A model generated the notes under the pieces. The model did not search any database and was not told the DNA's origin. It worked only from the letters and a program-made list of their open reading frames with translations. Source: Podarcis bocagei (lineage: Eukaryota). Taken from it: DNA of 64,000 bases. Made by a program: the position numbers and the translations under genes. The DNA is taken from the NCBI GenBank assembly GCA_964188305.1, contig OZ076893.1, one strand, 5' to 3'. This document shows positions 1 through 12,400 of this stretch, piece after piece; the first letter of the stretch is position 1, and the number at the start of each line of letters is the position of its first letter.

Positions 1-637
1 GGGTGTCAGTAGGTCATATGAGCAGTAGGTGGTATGACGAGCTGTCATTAAAAAAACCAATAATTCTAATGAAGATATTGCTTTTGTGTGGCAAACTGAA
101 TTTATTGTGTTATATACCATCCAATTTAAAACTATAGAGGTGTTCAGTTTGCCATACATACATGCTGTAAGCATAAGAACTTAGCTACATCAGACTGAAA
201 GTCCACCTAATCCAGCCTATCACATTCAGTGTAGGCCAACCAACTGCCTCTGACTTTGTTTGTCATATGTTCCAAAGAAACTGTAAGTCTCTAGTGCCCC
301 GAAGGAAACTAAACCTAGTGGTAGTACAACTTTTGAACTTCCTCTCCTTTTAAGGAAGTAGAGAACACAAAATAATAGGGATTTGGTTCTTACCTGTGAA
401 TTTTGGACCGGCAGTATGGAAGACTATGGTGTAACACTTCTGTTAGTTGCTAATAGTTGTATGAGCTCATCCCCTGTTTGATGTTTATTTGAATGTTTAC
501 TGGGAGTACAGAATTGAGACATCATGAAGGCTAATGCCCAGAGGAACAACATAGATGAAAAATTCTGGATAAAAATTAATAATCTTGGTCTCATAGCTAT
601 TTTGGTCTGCTGATGAATGTATTCTTCATGAAACTAG

Positions 638-734
638 GCTTGAGCTCTGTGTGCTATTGGAAAATGAAGCCGTCTTTGAAAAGGAGACTACAGAAGACTC
701 TGAATCTTGTGCACCTCTTCTTTCCTATCAGAAG
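638..734 (+). CDS. CLC chloride channel (ClC-6/7 branch) internal exon, end of CBS1 domain
   Basis: Splice sites actag|G...AAG|gtaata; 97 nt (phase 2 to phase 0). Encodes (R)LELCVLLENEAVFEKETTEDSESCAPLLSYQK, resembling the CBS1 end of ClC-7 (RSQLIVLLKHKVF). Joins in frame to 2591. Confidence 0.8.
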
Positions 735-1331
735 GTAATAAATGCCCTTTTATTTATCACACACACACACACACGGAACAGGGAACACTTCTAGATCTGA
801 GGACCAGGGTGGGCATTTACTGAGGCTTACCCCCTAGCAAAGGACCCACTGATTTTCTCTGGAGCCCCCCAGATTTTGCTGTTTCTCTTCCTCCCTATTG
901 CTGTCTGTTCACTTGTTCCTTTTAAGTAAGTGAGCAAGGAACAGCACTTTCCAGTCCTCTTATCCTCTCAAGCTAAGTGGCTCTATGAATTAGGCCTAAT
1001 GGAAAAGGGCAGGTGAAAGGGCTGTAGATACAGGAATGTGAAGGACATGGGTCCACGCAGAGAGGGACCTCACTCTGGGCATCTTGCCCAAGGGCCTGCC
1101 AAAACTTGACGCTGGCCCTTCTGGAAATCATACTGCTAGTTTTGAAAGAAGTGGTTGGTAAATACTACATACATGTTATACAACCCCCCTTCCCCTTCCC
1201 CTGCTTCCTGCTTGTAGTAGCCTAGCTTTATTGGTTATTCTATTCCCAGAGTGGAATTTTTTGCTGCAAAAGGCTGGTAAGAATGTGAGTGACTGTTTTT
1301 TCCTGTGTTCAGATGTAACAATTTCAAAGTA

Positions 1332-1567
1332 CAGTGGTACCTCGGGTTATATACGCTTCAGGTTACATATGCTTCAGGTTACACACTCCACTAAGCCAGA
1401 AATAGTGCTTCAGGTTAAGAACTTTGCTTCAGGATAAGAACAGAAATCGGGCTCTGGTGGCGCGGCGGCAGCAGGAGGCCCCATTAGCTAAAGTGGTGCT
1501 TCAGGTTAAGAACAGGTTAAGAATGGACCTCCGGAACGATTTAAGTACTTAACCCGAGGTACCACTG
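1332..1567. mobile_element. Tc1/mariner (Tigger/pogo-like) MITE, family A
   Basis: TIR CAGTGGTACCTCGGGTTA...TAACCCGAGGTACCACTG; TA TSD at 1330-31 and 1568-69; internal repeated TTCAGGTTA. Homologous copies at 41613 and 63120. Confidence 0.92.
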
Positions 1568-1867
1568 TAGTGGAGCACTATAGTAGTGCTTAAAGCAATA
1601 TTTCTAGGAAAATCCAGTTCTACAAGGGAGATGATTACATAGAAGTTTGTAGGGCTGATTATTATTGATTATTAAAATAGTTTATTCTGTGATTTTGGTG
1701 ATTTTGATAATTTCTAGTTTTGTAATAAACCTGTAATGGAATATATTGTTGTATCTGTATCTGTTGTGAATCCATGCTGAGTTGGGGCATTGCAGAAAAG
1801 TGGAATATAAATCAATCCGGCATGAGTTGCCTCTCCCAGATCTCAATCTGCTGGAACTACCTGTTTT

Positions 1868-2395
1868 TGTTAGCATCTGTCTGTCTCAAGAGACAATGGA
1901 GTATGCTTCTTTAAGCCAAACCACTGCATTAGCAGCCCCAAAGTGACTTCCCTAGGGTTCAAGCCTGGCCAATGTGCATGGAGGTCCTGGGTTGCCTATA
2001 CAACAAGATGTGGTCTAAAGCAGTGTTCCCCAACCTTGGGCCTCCAGCTGTTTTTGGACTACAATTCCCATCATCCTTGACCACTGGTCTTGCTAGCGAG
2101 GGATGATGGGAGTTGTAGTCCAAAAACAGCTGGAGGCCCAAGGTTGGGGAACACTGGTCTAAAGGAAAGCAGAGCAATACAGTTAGCACCAGTTTGGCTG
2201 CAGGAGTTGCTGGAAGGAGGCATACAAGGTGCCATCCTCCATCTTAAGGGCTCCACTCCATATTTGTGTAGGGTTTACTCCTTAGTCTTTTCTTCTCCCA
2301 AAGATCCACAAGGCAGCAGAGGTTTAAGATCAGAGTTTTCCTTCTCCTAGAAGGGCTACCCTCCCAGGGTAGGGAAGCTCTATCTGCTCTCACCT
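1868..2395 (-). mobile_element. RTE-clade LINE-derived non-autonomous element (5'UTR plus 3' end), interrupted by a hAT MITE
   Basis: The minus strand ends ...CTCCATTGTCTCTTGAGACAGACAGATGCTAA (RTE-like 3' end) and contains CTAGGAGAAGGAAAACTCTGATCTTAAACCTCTGCTGCCTTG (RTE-like 5'UTR). Recognised from memory of RTE families; boundaries approximate. Confidence 0.5.
2021..2156. mobile_element. Palindromic hAT (Charlie-group) MITE, 136 bp
   Basis: Near-perfect hairpin CAGTGTTCCCCAACCTTGGGCCTCCAGCTG...; exact 8-bp TSD GTCTAAAG (2013-2020 and 2157-2164). Confidence 0.93.
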
Positions 2396-2590
2396 TGCAC
2401 TACAGCATGTACAGAAACCATCACCTTGACTTGCTGAATTTAGATGTCTCTCCCCCCCCCCCAGGACCTTTGTCCCATAGTGTAAAGAACTTCAGTGAAT
2501 TTTTCTGTGCTAATAGGTTTTCTTGCTAGAAATTGCACCTGGTTGCATTGCACTGCACAAAATAATAGTGATTCATCTTTTCTATTGCAG

Positions 2591-2686
2591 ATCAGAGTTG
2601 AAAAACTGCCTAATCAGCAACGGGTGACCATGTTGTTGGGTCACTACACTACGGACCCTCAGTATCAGCAACGCTTCATCAATCTG
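2591..2686 (+). CDS. CLC chloride channel penultimate exon (inter-CBS linker)
   Basis: Splice sites tttctattgcag|ATC...CTG|gtaaga; 96 nt, phase 0/0. Encodes IRVEKLPNQQRVTMLLGHYTTDPQYQQRFINL, which runs into EPYIN, matching the 'IDL.PYMN' motif that opens CBS2 in CLC proteins. Confidence 0.88.
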
Positions 2687-3961
2687 GTAAGAGCAGAGCC
2701 AGCTCTGAAAACAAACATTTCCTCCACGAACAATGTGTTTGTTATATTTTCTCTTCTGTTTATGACGGCTCTGTCAGCTACACTGATTTACATAAACACT
2801 GCCAATCCTGGGACGCTACACTCTCAACAAAAGTAGCCGAGTACAAACAGCATTCCTGAGTTTTAATTCATATTATATAAACATAACAGATGTTGATACG
2901 ATGAGCCAACAAGAAAATACAACAAAGGCAACCATTTCAAGGGGGTTTGCGATTAAAACACGTTCCAGATTGGCGAAAAGATCCAGTGTTAATGGAACAA
3001 ATCATTTAAATGTCAGTGTTTGACTCCTATGGAATTGCAAAGACACAATGTATAGCGAAGCTCTTGAGTTTTCCCTGCTCTCAAACAGCACAAGGAAAAA
3101 CTTATTTTCCTGTCTCTGTATTCCTGTATATATTTTCATATTCTACTGCTGGGTTGGAAAGCTAAAGTGGGAGGCAGCTTTGTTTGGATCTCTCATAAAG
3201 TGACTAGAAGAGTAGCACCTGCACTGTGTTGTCTGTGAATGACAATATTTTATTTATCAGTAGCTGGAGGACAGCCTAAGGACTGCCTTATGTCTTTCTA
3301 CAAGCATTGTCTCCTACCTATGGCACACATGCAGCAACCTCATTAAGGTGATTTTGGTTAACCTTGTGGTTGTGATATAAGAGAGGTGGCAGATGGTAGG
3401 TATGTTGGATCCAAGTGGTTGGGGGCTTTCTGGTTGAGGGCTTTCCAGTTTGTGTCTTGAGGACCATGCGGAACCAATATGCAGATCACACTGAGCAGTG
3501 CTGTGTACATTTCCAATGGAGCAATTCATCAGGGGCAACCATCAACATGAGTTGAAGCTTCTGAACAGTTGTCAGGGAAACCCCAGCAAGAGTGTTTTGC
3601 AGCAATCTAGCCCGGGAACTATAAAAATGTGAGTGATTGTCACCAAGTGAGAATGTTTCTTGACTTGGGGTGTTTGCTTTTAGTTTTAGGAATTGTGCAT
3701 CTGCATTAAACTTTCTGCTGTGACAATTCAGTAAATGTAGAAACAATGGATTTAACCTCAAGGCCACTTCATACTTGATGTTTCCTTAACCATGAGATCA
3801 CCTCTCTGCACATCAGCTTCCTGACTGGCTTGGTTGTGGCAAAATACACTTGTGCTGTGCGTCTAGCTTTTCCTACACAGAAATAATCTCCATAGATTTA
3901 TGTGTGAAACCCTGGCTCCGCTTTATGGAACCCATCTTCATGTAAGAAGAACACCCTATGT

Positions 3962-4099
3962 CAGCGGTTCTCAACCTGTGGGTCCCCAGATGTTGTTGGA
4001 CTACAACTCCCATCATCCCTGAGCTCTGGCCTTGCTAGCTAGGGGTGATGGGAGTTGCAGTTCAACAACATCTGGGGACCCACAGGTTGAGAAAGGCTG
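3962..4099. mobile_element. Palindromic hAT MITE, 138 bp, SPIN-like terminus
   Basis: Ends CAGCGGTTCTCAACCTGTGGGTCCCC...GGGGACCCACAGGTTGAGAAAGGCTG; exact 8-bp TSD CCCTATGT (3954-3961 and 4100-4107). Confidence 0.92.
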
Positions 4100-4637
4100 C
4101 CCTATGTGAAGTGACTCTTTGCTTTGCTTGTAGCAAAACTGATGGCTGCAGTGGTTCTTCAGCCAAATTACTTTGTATTCTGAGTGCCAGAGTGGTATTT
4201 AAAATTGCCTTCTTAGAAATAGATTAATTTTATTTCCCCTTTTTGTTCTTTTGTTCTTTCTTTCTGCAAGCGTCTGCAGTGGAATGCTGTAGGATGTCAT
4301 TAAGAGCAATGTAACAAAACCTCACTATAAAACGTATTTGGTTTAACAAACTGCCACATGCCTATCAAAGCCACGCAGAACTCTTGAAAGTACCACTGGA
4401 GTTTAGCTTTAACTGCCCTTCCCTGTATGATCTGTGTAGATTCCTGTATCAATGTGAAATTCTAGTGAAAAATAAACCCCCCATTATACCATTTTAAAAA
4501 AAGAAATAATTTGAATGTACAAGTGAGATAAAACAACCACCACCACCACTGCATTGTGCTCTTCTTTCATTTGGGAATTAAGATATGATAAGGTTACACC
4601 TGTTTTCTCTTAATGTGTCCTTTACTTAATCTTGCAG

Positions 4638-4868
4638 GAGCCCTACATAAACAAATCTGCAGTGTCGGTTCAAGCCCATTTCTCACTGCAACGCACATAC
4701 ATCATATTTCGGTCTCTGGGCCTTCGGCACCTGACAGTTGTTGATTTGCAGAACCAGGTTGTTGGGATAATCACCAGAAAAGATCTGATATCTTTGCAGT
4801 TGGAAGAGAAGCTGGGACTCCAGCAGTCGTCGAATCAGCTTCACTCTGATGATGAGCTTTTAGACTAG
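4638..4868 (+). CDS. CLC chloride channel terminal exon, CBS2 domain and C-terminus (probably 'chloride channel protein C-like' paralog)
   Basis: Acceptor cttgcag|GAG. Encodes EPYINKSAVSVQAHFSLQRTYIIFRSLGLRHLTVVDLQNQVVGIITRKDL...DDELLD*. FRxLGLRHLxVVD and VGxxTRKDL are the ClC-6/7 CBS2 signature. Confidence 0.93.
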   Translation, partial: EPYINKSAVSVQAHFSLQRTYIIFRSLGLRHLTVVDLQNQVVGIITRKDLISLQLEEKLGLQQSSNQLHSDDELLD

Positions 4869-5499
4869 GAAGCAGTCTGAACAGGGAATGCTCAATTTAA
4901 TTTCATAATGAACAAGTATGTATGTTCTTCTTTGAATTTGGATGTGTGTGTATTACAGTGTATCCTCTGCATATCAGATGGATAAGCCTTGCCTAATTCT
5001 CCCATTTACTAAATAAAAAGAGACAAATAGATTATCCAGGCTTTGAGTTCATACAATTGGGATCTTATTCCCAACTCGCACAGTTCTTTCTCATTCCAAT
5101 CTCAGATAGGATATAATAATAGCATATAAGGTGCAAACACGAATCATTTTCATTGGTTTATGTACTGCATTATTTTGTGGAAATTTTTATATTGCAATGT
5201 TAACATCTTGTTTAAATCACATAGGGATGATGTGTCTTAAATGGTATAAACACATCATTAATAATTAAGTATTCCTACCTAAAATCATAATAAGTGTGCT
5301 ATTTCTTCCTTACAAGATGGTACTAAGGGCCAAACTATATGCGACTTTAGTTCTTAAGTACAGGCTTCTTCCTCTCTCTCTCTTTCTCCCCCTCTCCCTT
5401 TCCCTCTCTCTGTCTCACCCCACCCTAGCGACTGCAGGCCTCACAATCCAGATGACTGAGTGGCTTTAACTCTCTCTCTCTCTCTCCTGTCTTTACCTG

Positions 5500-5850
5500 G
5501 GGGTGCAAGGGCTGCGGGGCACCCTGGTGCCAAATTCTAGGGAGCACCAAATGTATTCGGGGGGGGGGGCGTCAAATGTATACCTACTGTATACCGGTCC
5601 CTCTCAAAAGTCCCCGTCCCCCTTCTCCGTCGCTCTGTTACTCCATAGCGTCAAATATTCCCGACGAGTCACGAAACAAAAGCAGTTATTTCTGCTGCGT
5701 CGTTGTTACATGTGAGCGATTTTCCTCACCCCAAAAAGGTCAACAACTTTGAGTTTGACCCTCTAAAAAATTTGGGGGTGGCTAAACTAAATTTGGGGGT
5801 GCTGGGTAGATCTTTGCACCCCGGTGGCACATATGCTAAAAATGGCCCTG
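5500..5850. mobile_element. hAT-like non-autonomous DNA transposon remnant
   Basis: CpG-retaining block between CT-rich tracts. The right end reads CAGGGCCATTTTTAGCATATGTG on the minus strand (hAT-like terminus); the left terminus is not resolved. Confidence 0.45.
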
Positions 5851-5892
5851 CTCTCTCTCCACCCCCGCCCCCGGTGTGCTCAGGCATGGACT

Positions 5893-5960
5893 GCCCTCCT
5901 GCATTGCAGGGGGTTGGACTAGATGACCCTTGTGGTCCCTTCCAATTCAACGATTTGACT
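5893..5960 (+). mobile_element. CR1-type 3' tail fragment
   Basis: CCTGCATTGCAGGGGGTTGGACTAGATGACCCTTGTGGTCCCTTCCAA, the same tail as in the SINE at 38297-38444; another copy at ~62943-63003. Confidence 0.75.
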
Positions 5961-8239
5961 CATATATTCAGTGAGTCTATGAATATGATAGCAAGATTCT
6001 ATGAATGTGTATCATGAACTTTCACAATGGGTAAAAGTAACACGTCTGTAAAGGCACAGGCTGTAGTACATCCAAAACTCTGTTCACTGGTTCTTTCATT
6101 TCCCCTTCCTTTTCATGTTTTATACTATGTGATTTGTACCAATAAATGAATAAAGATGCTGCTCATATATGAGAAATAAAGAGTGATCACCCTGAGTGGT
6201 ACATGGACACTAGACGAACAGGATAGAAATGTGTATATTCATTATCCTAAGTTTATTAAAGGCTTTTCATTAGTATAAATGATTAAAATATTGCATTTTT
6301 TAAAAATAAGCAAGGTTGGTGAGTATGGCATTTTATGCTAAAATATTAACACCAGCAGATTGTTGAGATCTTCATAGGATAGTTCTAATGTGGACCGTCC
6401 TTCTGCTGGTTGGGTTGCAAGTACATTATCATAGAACAGAAACTTTGCTGCTAGTGCTACAACTCTGAAACTCTCTTCACAGATTGGCCCACATCACTAT
6501 TCTTTTGGACACCAAGTAAAGATTTCCTTGCTTTTGAACACATTATTTTGGATAGAACTGTCTCTGCTTATTGCTGTTTTTCTTTGTTTTTTCTGTTTTC
6601 CCTCTTACAATTTGTCATTTGCCCTCTTAAGGATCTGTTTGACTGTAATGGCTATATAGACATTATTAAAATAAGTTCAATTATTTTGGGGTGGACCACT
6701 TACTCAAATGGTGGGGCCAATTTTGATTCCAGGTTCTACACAAATACATCTATTTGTTGCTTGTTCTATCAAATTTACAGAAAATGCACTGCAAAATGTA
6801 TTATGCAAAATAAAAAAGGTATAGCAAACAGAAATATAAATTTTAACTTAAGAAAAAAGAGGCAAAATCCTTTACATTACCAGATTTTGGACTACTCTCT
6901 ATTTTTTTCCAGCTGGGTTGAGATGGTACCAGCCTTCATGTTGGTGGAATTTTCTCCCTAGGTAAATGGGTTCAGCCTGTAACATTGTTGTGCAACATTT
7001 ATGACTAGAATCTTTTCCATTTTACTAGTAAATAAAAACCTGAATAAGTTCTGTTTGATCACATCCCAGTGTACAAACACAGAAAATCATTTAAAAGCTT
7101 CTCTGCCATGACACTACTGGAATATCTGTTTCATCCTGTGAATAATTTTATTAGATTTTATGCAAGCAAAGTAATAAGGGAAAAAACCCCTCAGGAAGTA
7201 GATGGGCACAGATTATTTAGACAAAAGATAGGAGGAGTATCAAGTTGGGCAGTGATCTCATGCTAGACACAGAATTACTAGTAGGTAAATATTGAGGTTT
7301 TTAATTAGCATTGCTTGATGAAGTCTTCCGTCATTGTGATATTTCCCTGAATTTTGTTGCAAAATTCAAGAAAAGAAACAACAACAACAACAGCAACAAC
7401 AAAAACCCTCGAGTTTCAAAATGGGGGTAAATGGTTTCTTCAGGACCCTGATTCTCAAATTCATTTTGGGCAGGGGAGCACTGAAGACATAAATCCTTGG
7501 AGAAAAATGGTAGTAATGGGGAAAAGGAGTGTAGCCTATGGAGAAGTGCAGAAGTAGGCCTTGGGCACACACAGTCCAAATATCTAGGCTTAGTCCTGTT
7601 TTCCATTTATGGGTGGCAGTTTATTTTTCCAGTTTCTCAGAATCGTTGATTTATTAACCAGCTTTGCAGCAGATCAGCACTGTGGCTGTCCTTTCATTCA
7701 TGCTCCTTTCATAAGGTTGCCAACTTATTTTCTTAAATGTTTGCCAGAGACGCCACATGTCACTGAAGATCCTCAGCTGTGCTGTCTCTAATAGGCAGAC
7801 AGGCTCTAGAGCTAAAAAGCGAATGCCTCAATGCTTTTGGCAGTCTGGTCTGCAACCCTTCATAGGCTCCTTCGTGAATTGTACATGTTTGTGTGCGCAC
7901 ATATGCAGAAAGTAATGTATTGGTTAAATGCCTGCAGCTTCTTTTTGTTAGACATTTCCACAATCAGTATTGTTCAATTGAAAAAGGAATGAGACAATCT
8001 TCAAATATCAAGCAGAACTTTAAAAAAAATCTGATGATTGATTACTGACATGATACATCTCATCTGATTCCTGTGAAGTTAGCCTCCGCCAGCAAGTAGG
8101 TTCGTGACAATAATTCACCCAATTGCTTTAGTGTAAGGTTTGTTGCCTTTGGCATCCAAATATGCGAGATGATGCCAAACAAAAGGGTGTGCATGCAAAT
8201 GCAAAACAAAATGGCATACTGACACCTTAGCACCAACCG

Positions 8240-9480
8240 ATAATTAGGAATAAAGTGAGCAGAGACTGAATATAGTTAGTAAATTTAACATACCACATTG
8301 ATTATAAATTGGAATGTTAAGTCTTAAGTGTATACATGATCTTGGATGGCAAGTCCACGGGAACTGTGGATAATCTGAAAACAGTATGGGAGCAAGATAT
8401 AGAAAGAAAAATAGACCCTATAGTATGGAAGGCAATGTGGTCAGAAAAGCCATTCAAATAAGTGTTGGCACATGTACAAGAAATCTCCCTCAGTGTTGTA
8501 CATAGATGGCATTTCACCCCACTAATCCTGAATCATGATGTCATGAATGGGCAGGACAACTGAGAGGAGGAAGGGGATCTCGGTGAGGGATGTAGCTGCA
8601 ACTAGTTCACACCGGGGCAAAGCTGGGGGGGGGGAGGAGGAGAGGTTAGGGGCATAGAAAGTACTAATGCGGTGACAGAGGATGACAAGGGGATGGGGGG
8701 GGGTCAGTGCACAGGAACCAGGGCTAGAAGGACCCATCACCAGAGCCAGAGGGTCCCCCATCTCCATGAACATGGTGGGCTCTGAGGTGTAGGGAGCAGA
8801 GGGAGCAAAGGCAAGCAAGGGCCCACAGCCCAGCTCCCTAGCTGGCCAGGTGGGGCTCGTTAGCTCTGGTAGGAGCTATGTGATTCCTCAGCTGGAGTAG
8901 GCTTGGAACAGGTGAGGGTCACATGCCTCGTCAAGCCCAGATGCTGCAACTAAGAGTCAAGGGGTGAAAGGATAAGCAGAGCTGAGGTGCTGTGTCTGCT
9001 TAATTTTCCATATTGATAGGCCACAGCTTGGGTGTCCTAGAAATTCCATGGGACTGTGCTTTTCGGGACTTAACTCCAGGTTCCCTGACCAATTGGACTA
9101 TTGGACTACTTGCTAGCATGTGCCCTTGGGACTGTATACACCAGCAGGACCAGTTGCCAGGGGTTCAAGACACATTGATCAGGAGGTAAGGTCATTATGT
9201 TGGAGAGGATGTGGGAGTAAAGGGTCTTTCTACTATTTGTTATGGTTATTGCAAAAAGGCAACTAATTTTTTTGGTGGAAGCATTATTGGAAATGTCAGA
9301 AGTTACAGGTTAAATTATTGCATGTAGACCTAATGCCAGCCTTGCTACTCACCTATGACAGAAAATAAAAACCTATGACATGTAGAACTGCTTACCTTTA
9401 GACTAAAGACCAGAAGACTGGAAATGGCGAGGCAATGGAAAACGATGTATAAACTTTCTGTGGTCAGGAGGAACCAGTAA
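8240..9480 (+). mobile_element. Old degenerate L1-clade ORF2 C-terminal fragment, split by an LTR-like insertion
   Basis: Before 8539 it translates to LKTVWEQDIERKIDPIVWKAMW...VHRWHFTP. After 9173 it gives IDQEVRSLCWRGCGSKGSFY (Cys-rich knuckle) and EMARQWK. Both parallel the C-terminus of the L1 at 34204-36155. Confidence 0.72.
8539..9172. mobile_element. Solo-LTR-like element (~634 bp)
   Basis: Starts TGTCATGAA and ends TTCAAGACA (TG...CA, 8/9 inverted match); GC-rich; splits the L1 remnant. TSD degenerate (catga/cattg). Confidence 0.6.
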
Positions 9481-12400
9481 CTATGTTGCAAGAAGGCTAC
9501 CAAAGAACAAGAGACAGACAATTAATTTGAAACCTATCACTTTTGGGGGGTGGGATTCGGTCACGTATTGGGAAATTCAGGTTGCACAATTATAGGTGAT
9601 TGGGAAGTCTTGTGCAACGTATATGCTTCCTCCCAAAACTGGACTTCTGCAGTAATGAAAGTGATGGGGAAATGCACAGAAAAAGTGTGGGATTACACTT
9701 GCTTTTATGCGATGTCATCTAACCTCCTTGCAAACAAGTTAGAATCAATGGCCTACATAAAAATAATAAATAGACAACATTGTCCAATTTCTCTGTGAAG
9801 AACTCAGAATAAACGCTCAATAAATGTGTCACTTGGAAGCACCCCAAGTTAGCACAGAAACTGCCAGCCATGGAACATTTCAAATATTTTCTCAGGTTAT
9901 AGATAAGATAAATGGGATTGACAGTTACCTGATGGAAAAATTGTAACAGGTTGCTGTTTGTCATTAACGCTGCTGGGTTATATTATTAATAAACAGGGAT
10001 TCTGGTATGCAGCATTAAATTCCAAACCAAGAATGCCCCTTAAAGAAGGAAGCAGAATGTCCTGCTTGCTTCGACCTTGTTTCCTCCAAATTCAGAGTGT
10101 GCATTTTAAAGGAACCTATTGTGTCCCTGTTTTATTAGCTCTCGGATTTTTTCTCAGTTGCCTTTTCACTACTAAGATGTTTAATTTGATATATGGAACC
10201 CACCTGCCAGAAGGAACCACTAGATGCCACTCTTTCCAACATCTTCACAAATCTCGGCTGGATTTGCTTAATGAACTGAATGAGTCACAGGCACACAGCC
10301 CACCGTGTTTGAATAGAACTGTAGCACCACAGTACTGCAGAAATGACCTCAGTAGATGTTTATCGTTTTTGGATCATTTTCAGTGGTTTTGTGCCAAGGT
10401 AAAAGACGATACAAGTAGAGCTAATGTCCCAGGGTATGATTTTGAAAACCTCCACTTGCTTAACCCTTGAAATACTGTTTTCTGAAGAGAACATTATTGA
10501 CAGAGGCTGAAGGAGCAACTGGTCGTTCCATTCCGGGGGGGGGGGGCTTTCTGAATGAACTGGAACTGCAAGCCAGTAGCACATCTGCTGAGCATTTGTT
10601 GCAATTTGGTTCACGGCTGCTTCTGCATCAGCCTATGTCAGGTCTAAGGCCAGAAAGTGCAATATTGCAAATCAAGTGGTTGATTTGAGGTTTCATGGAT
10701 ATAATCAACTATCATTAGTCAACACTCAGTTATCTGAATGTCTCGATTCAGTATGTGATCCTCGTGTACTTTGTAAATTACACTTCTGTTTATCATTCTA
10801 GATGTTTATTTTGGTGTTCACAGAGTAGCATTTTGTTTTACGCTCGCCTCAGAGCGCTTGAATCATGGCCAATATTTAGAACTCCAGCAATTGAAGCCCA
10901 TGCACCCAATAAAAATAAATAGCATAACAATGAACTAAAGGAATATTGCCACATGTGCAAGAATATTAAATCGAATGGGTGGACCAAATAAGATTATTCT
11001 GTGACCTCTTTATATAATTAACCATGCACTGAAGCTAACTCAAAACAATAGATTTTCAAAACACTGTTATATCCTGAAGTTGAAAATAAGTGTGGAATAG
11101 TCCCTAAAAATCCATGGTTGAGCAAGAATTCCCCCCCCCCCGACATCTCAGAATATCAGGTTTGCCCCTAGTAGCTAGGAAGGTGGTGAATAATTTCTGT
11201 GAGGAATTTTTATATGGTTTCTGAAATAAATGTAGAACTTGGATTGGATCCAGTCTTTGCTCCCATGGCTGGAAGTGGCTGCTAACTAAGCAGAGTTCTA
11301 CTCTGGTTGGTGGGAAAAAAAATCTCTGCAAGGTGAACCCCAACCCCTTGTTTTCAAGGAGCTGATCCAGAATTCAAGAGATAGGATCAGGAAGCATCTG
11401 AAGATGCTGTCATTGTGAAGAGTCATGAGCATTTCTCATATGTATGCATGCAACCGACCACCTTCCAGGAAATTTCATGAATGGCTGACATCGATTCAAA
11501 CATTTTAAAAAGCATGTGGTGCACAGTTACTGTATCACTTGTAGGTGGAGTGTGCATGTTTCAATATTCTCCACCTCTAGAAACAATCTAGACGGGCCTT
11601 TTATGTTTATGGAGTTTGTGATGTAGTAAAGTATTTAGAAATGCAACTTTGACATGCATTATGTGAAGTGGTACAGACCTAGAATGGGTTTTTTAAAGGC
11701 ATTTTGTGACAGGCACCTGATTCTCTGTAGCTACACAAACGTCCATCTTATGACTCCTTCTCTATCCATGTTTGTTAATGATGTTGGCATCTATCTGTCT
11801 TGGGCTACAGTTGAGGAGTGATTGTTTGTGGGTGAAATCAAATAATTGGAGAGTTACAGTGCCTGCTGTGGCTGTAGGGACTGATACGGGAGAGACATGT
11901 TTCGTTGCAGCTGGAGCAGATTGTTTATTAATGTGTTTAGAAAAATACCGTATAATGAAGGAAATAACCCTAAGCAAGGTTCGCCCATAGCTTTTTGCTG
12001 CTTGAGGTGCTCACTCCTATTCCATGTTCAGAAGCTGCCTGGACTGGCAGTTGCATCTTGCATCAGTACTGGCACTGGGAAAATGTCTTCCACTATATTT
12101 GATGCCAGTTAAGAGGGTATATGACAAGATTCATGGCTTAACATCTTCTCCCTGCTCTGCTGCCTCACTTTGCCTAATGATAGAGATGGCCTTGGTTTAG
12201 ACTGTGAAAGTCATGGGAATTAGTTTGACTGCATAGCTGCCATAGTTTGCTACATCTGGAGGAAGAACTATTGGCTTTTGCATTCCTAATTTCTCCTGAG
12301 TTGTCCCATGGAAAATCACTATTAACAGTTCGCAGACTAAAACTGTGGAGTTATGGGGCCATAGTAAATGTTTTTATATCTCCAATGTTGCTTATGCCAC

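Larger units (their letters stand above)
5012..6180 (+). terminator. Candidate polyadenylation signals of the CLC gene
   Basis: AATAAA at 5012-5017, and a cluster at 6141-6146, 6149-6154 and 6175-6180, downstream of the stop codon. Which one is used cannot be determined from sequence. Confidence 0.4.

Noticed and set aside
4638-4868. Assigning the gene symbol CLCN7
   Set aside because: CBS2 is similar, but the CBS1 end, linker and C-terminus differ too much from CLCN7 as I recall it, so the symbol is withheld.
9958-10470. 170-aa ORF
   Set aside because: Non-ATG start, no recognisable domain, and a composition typical of a chance ORF.
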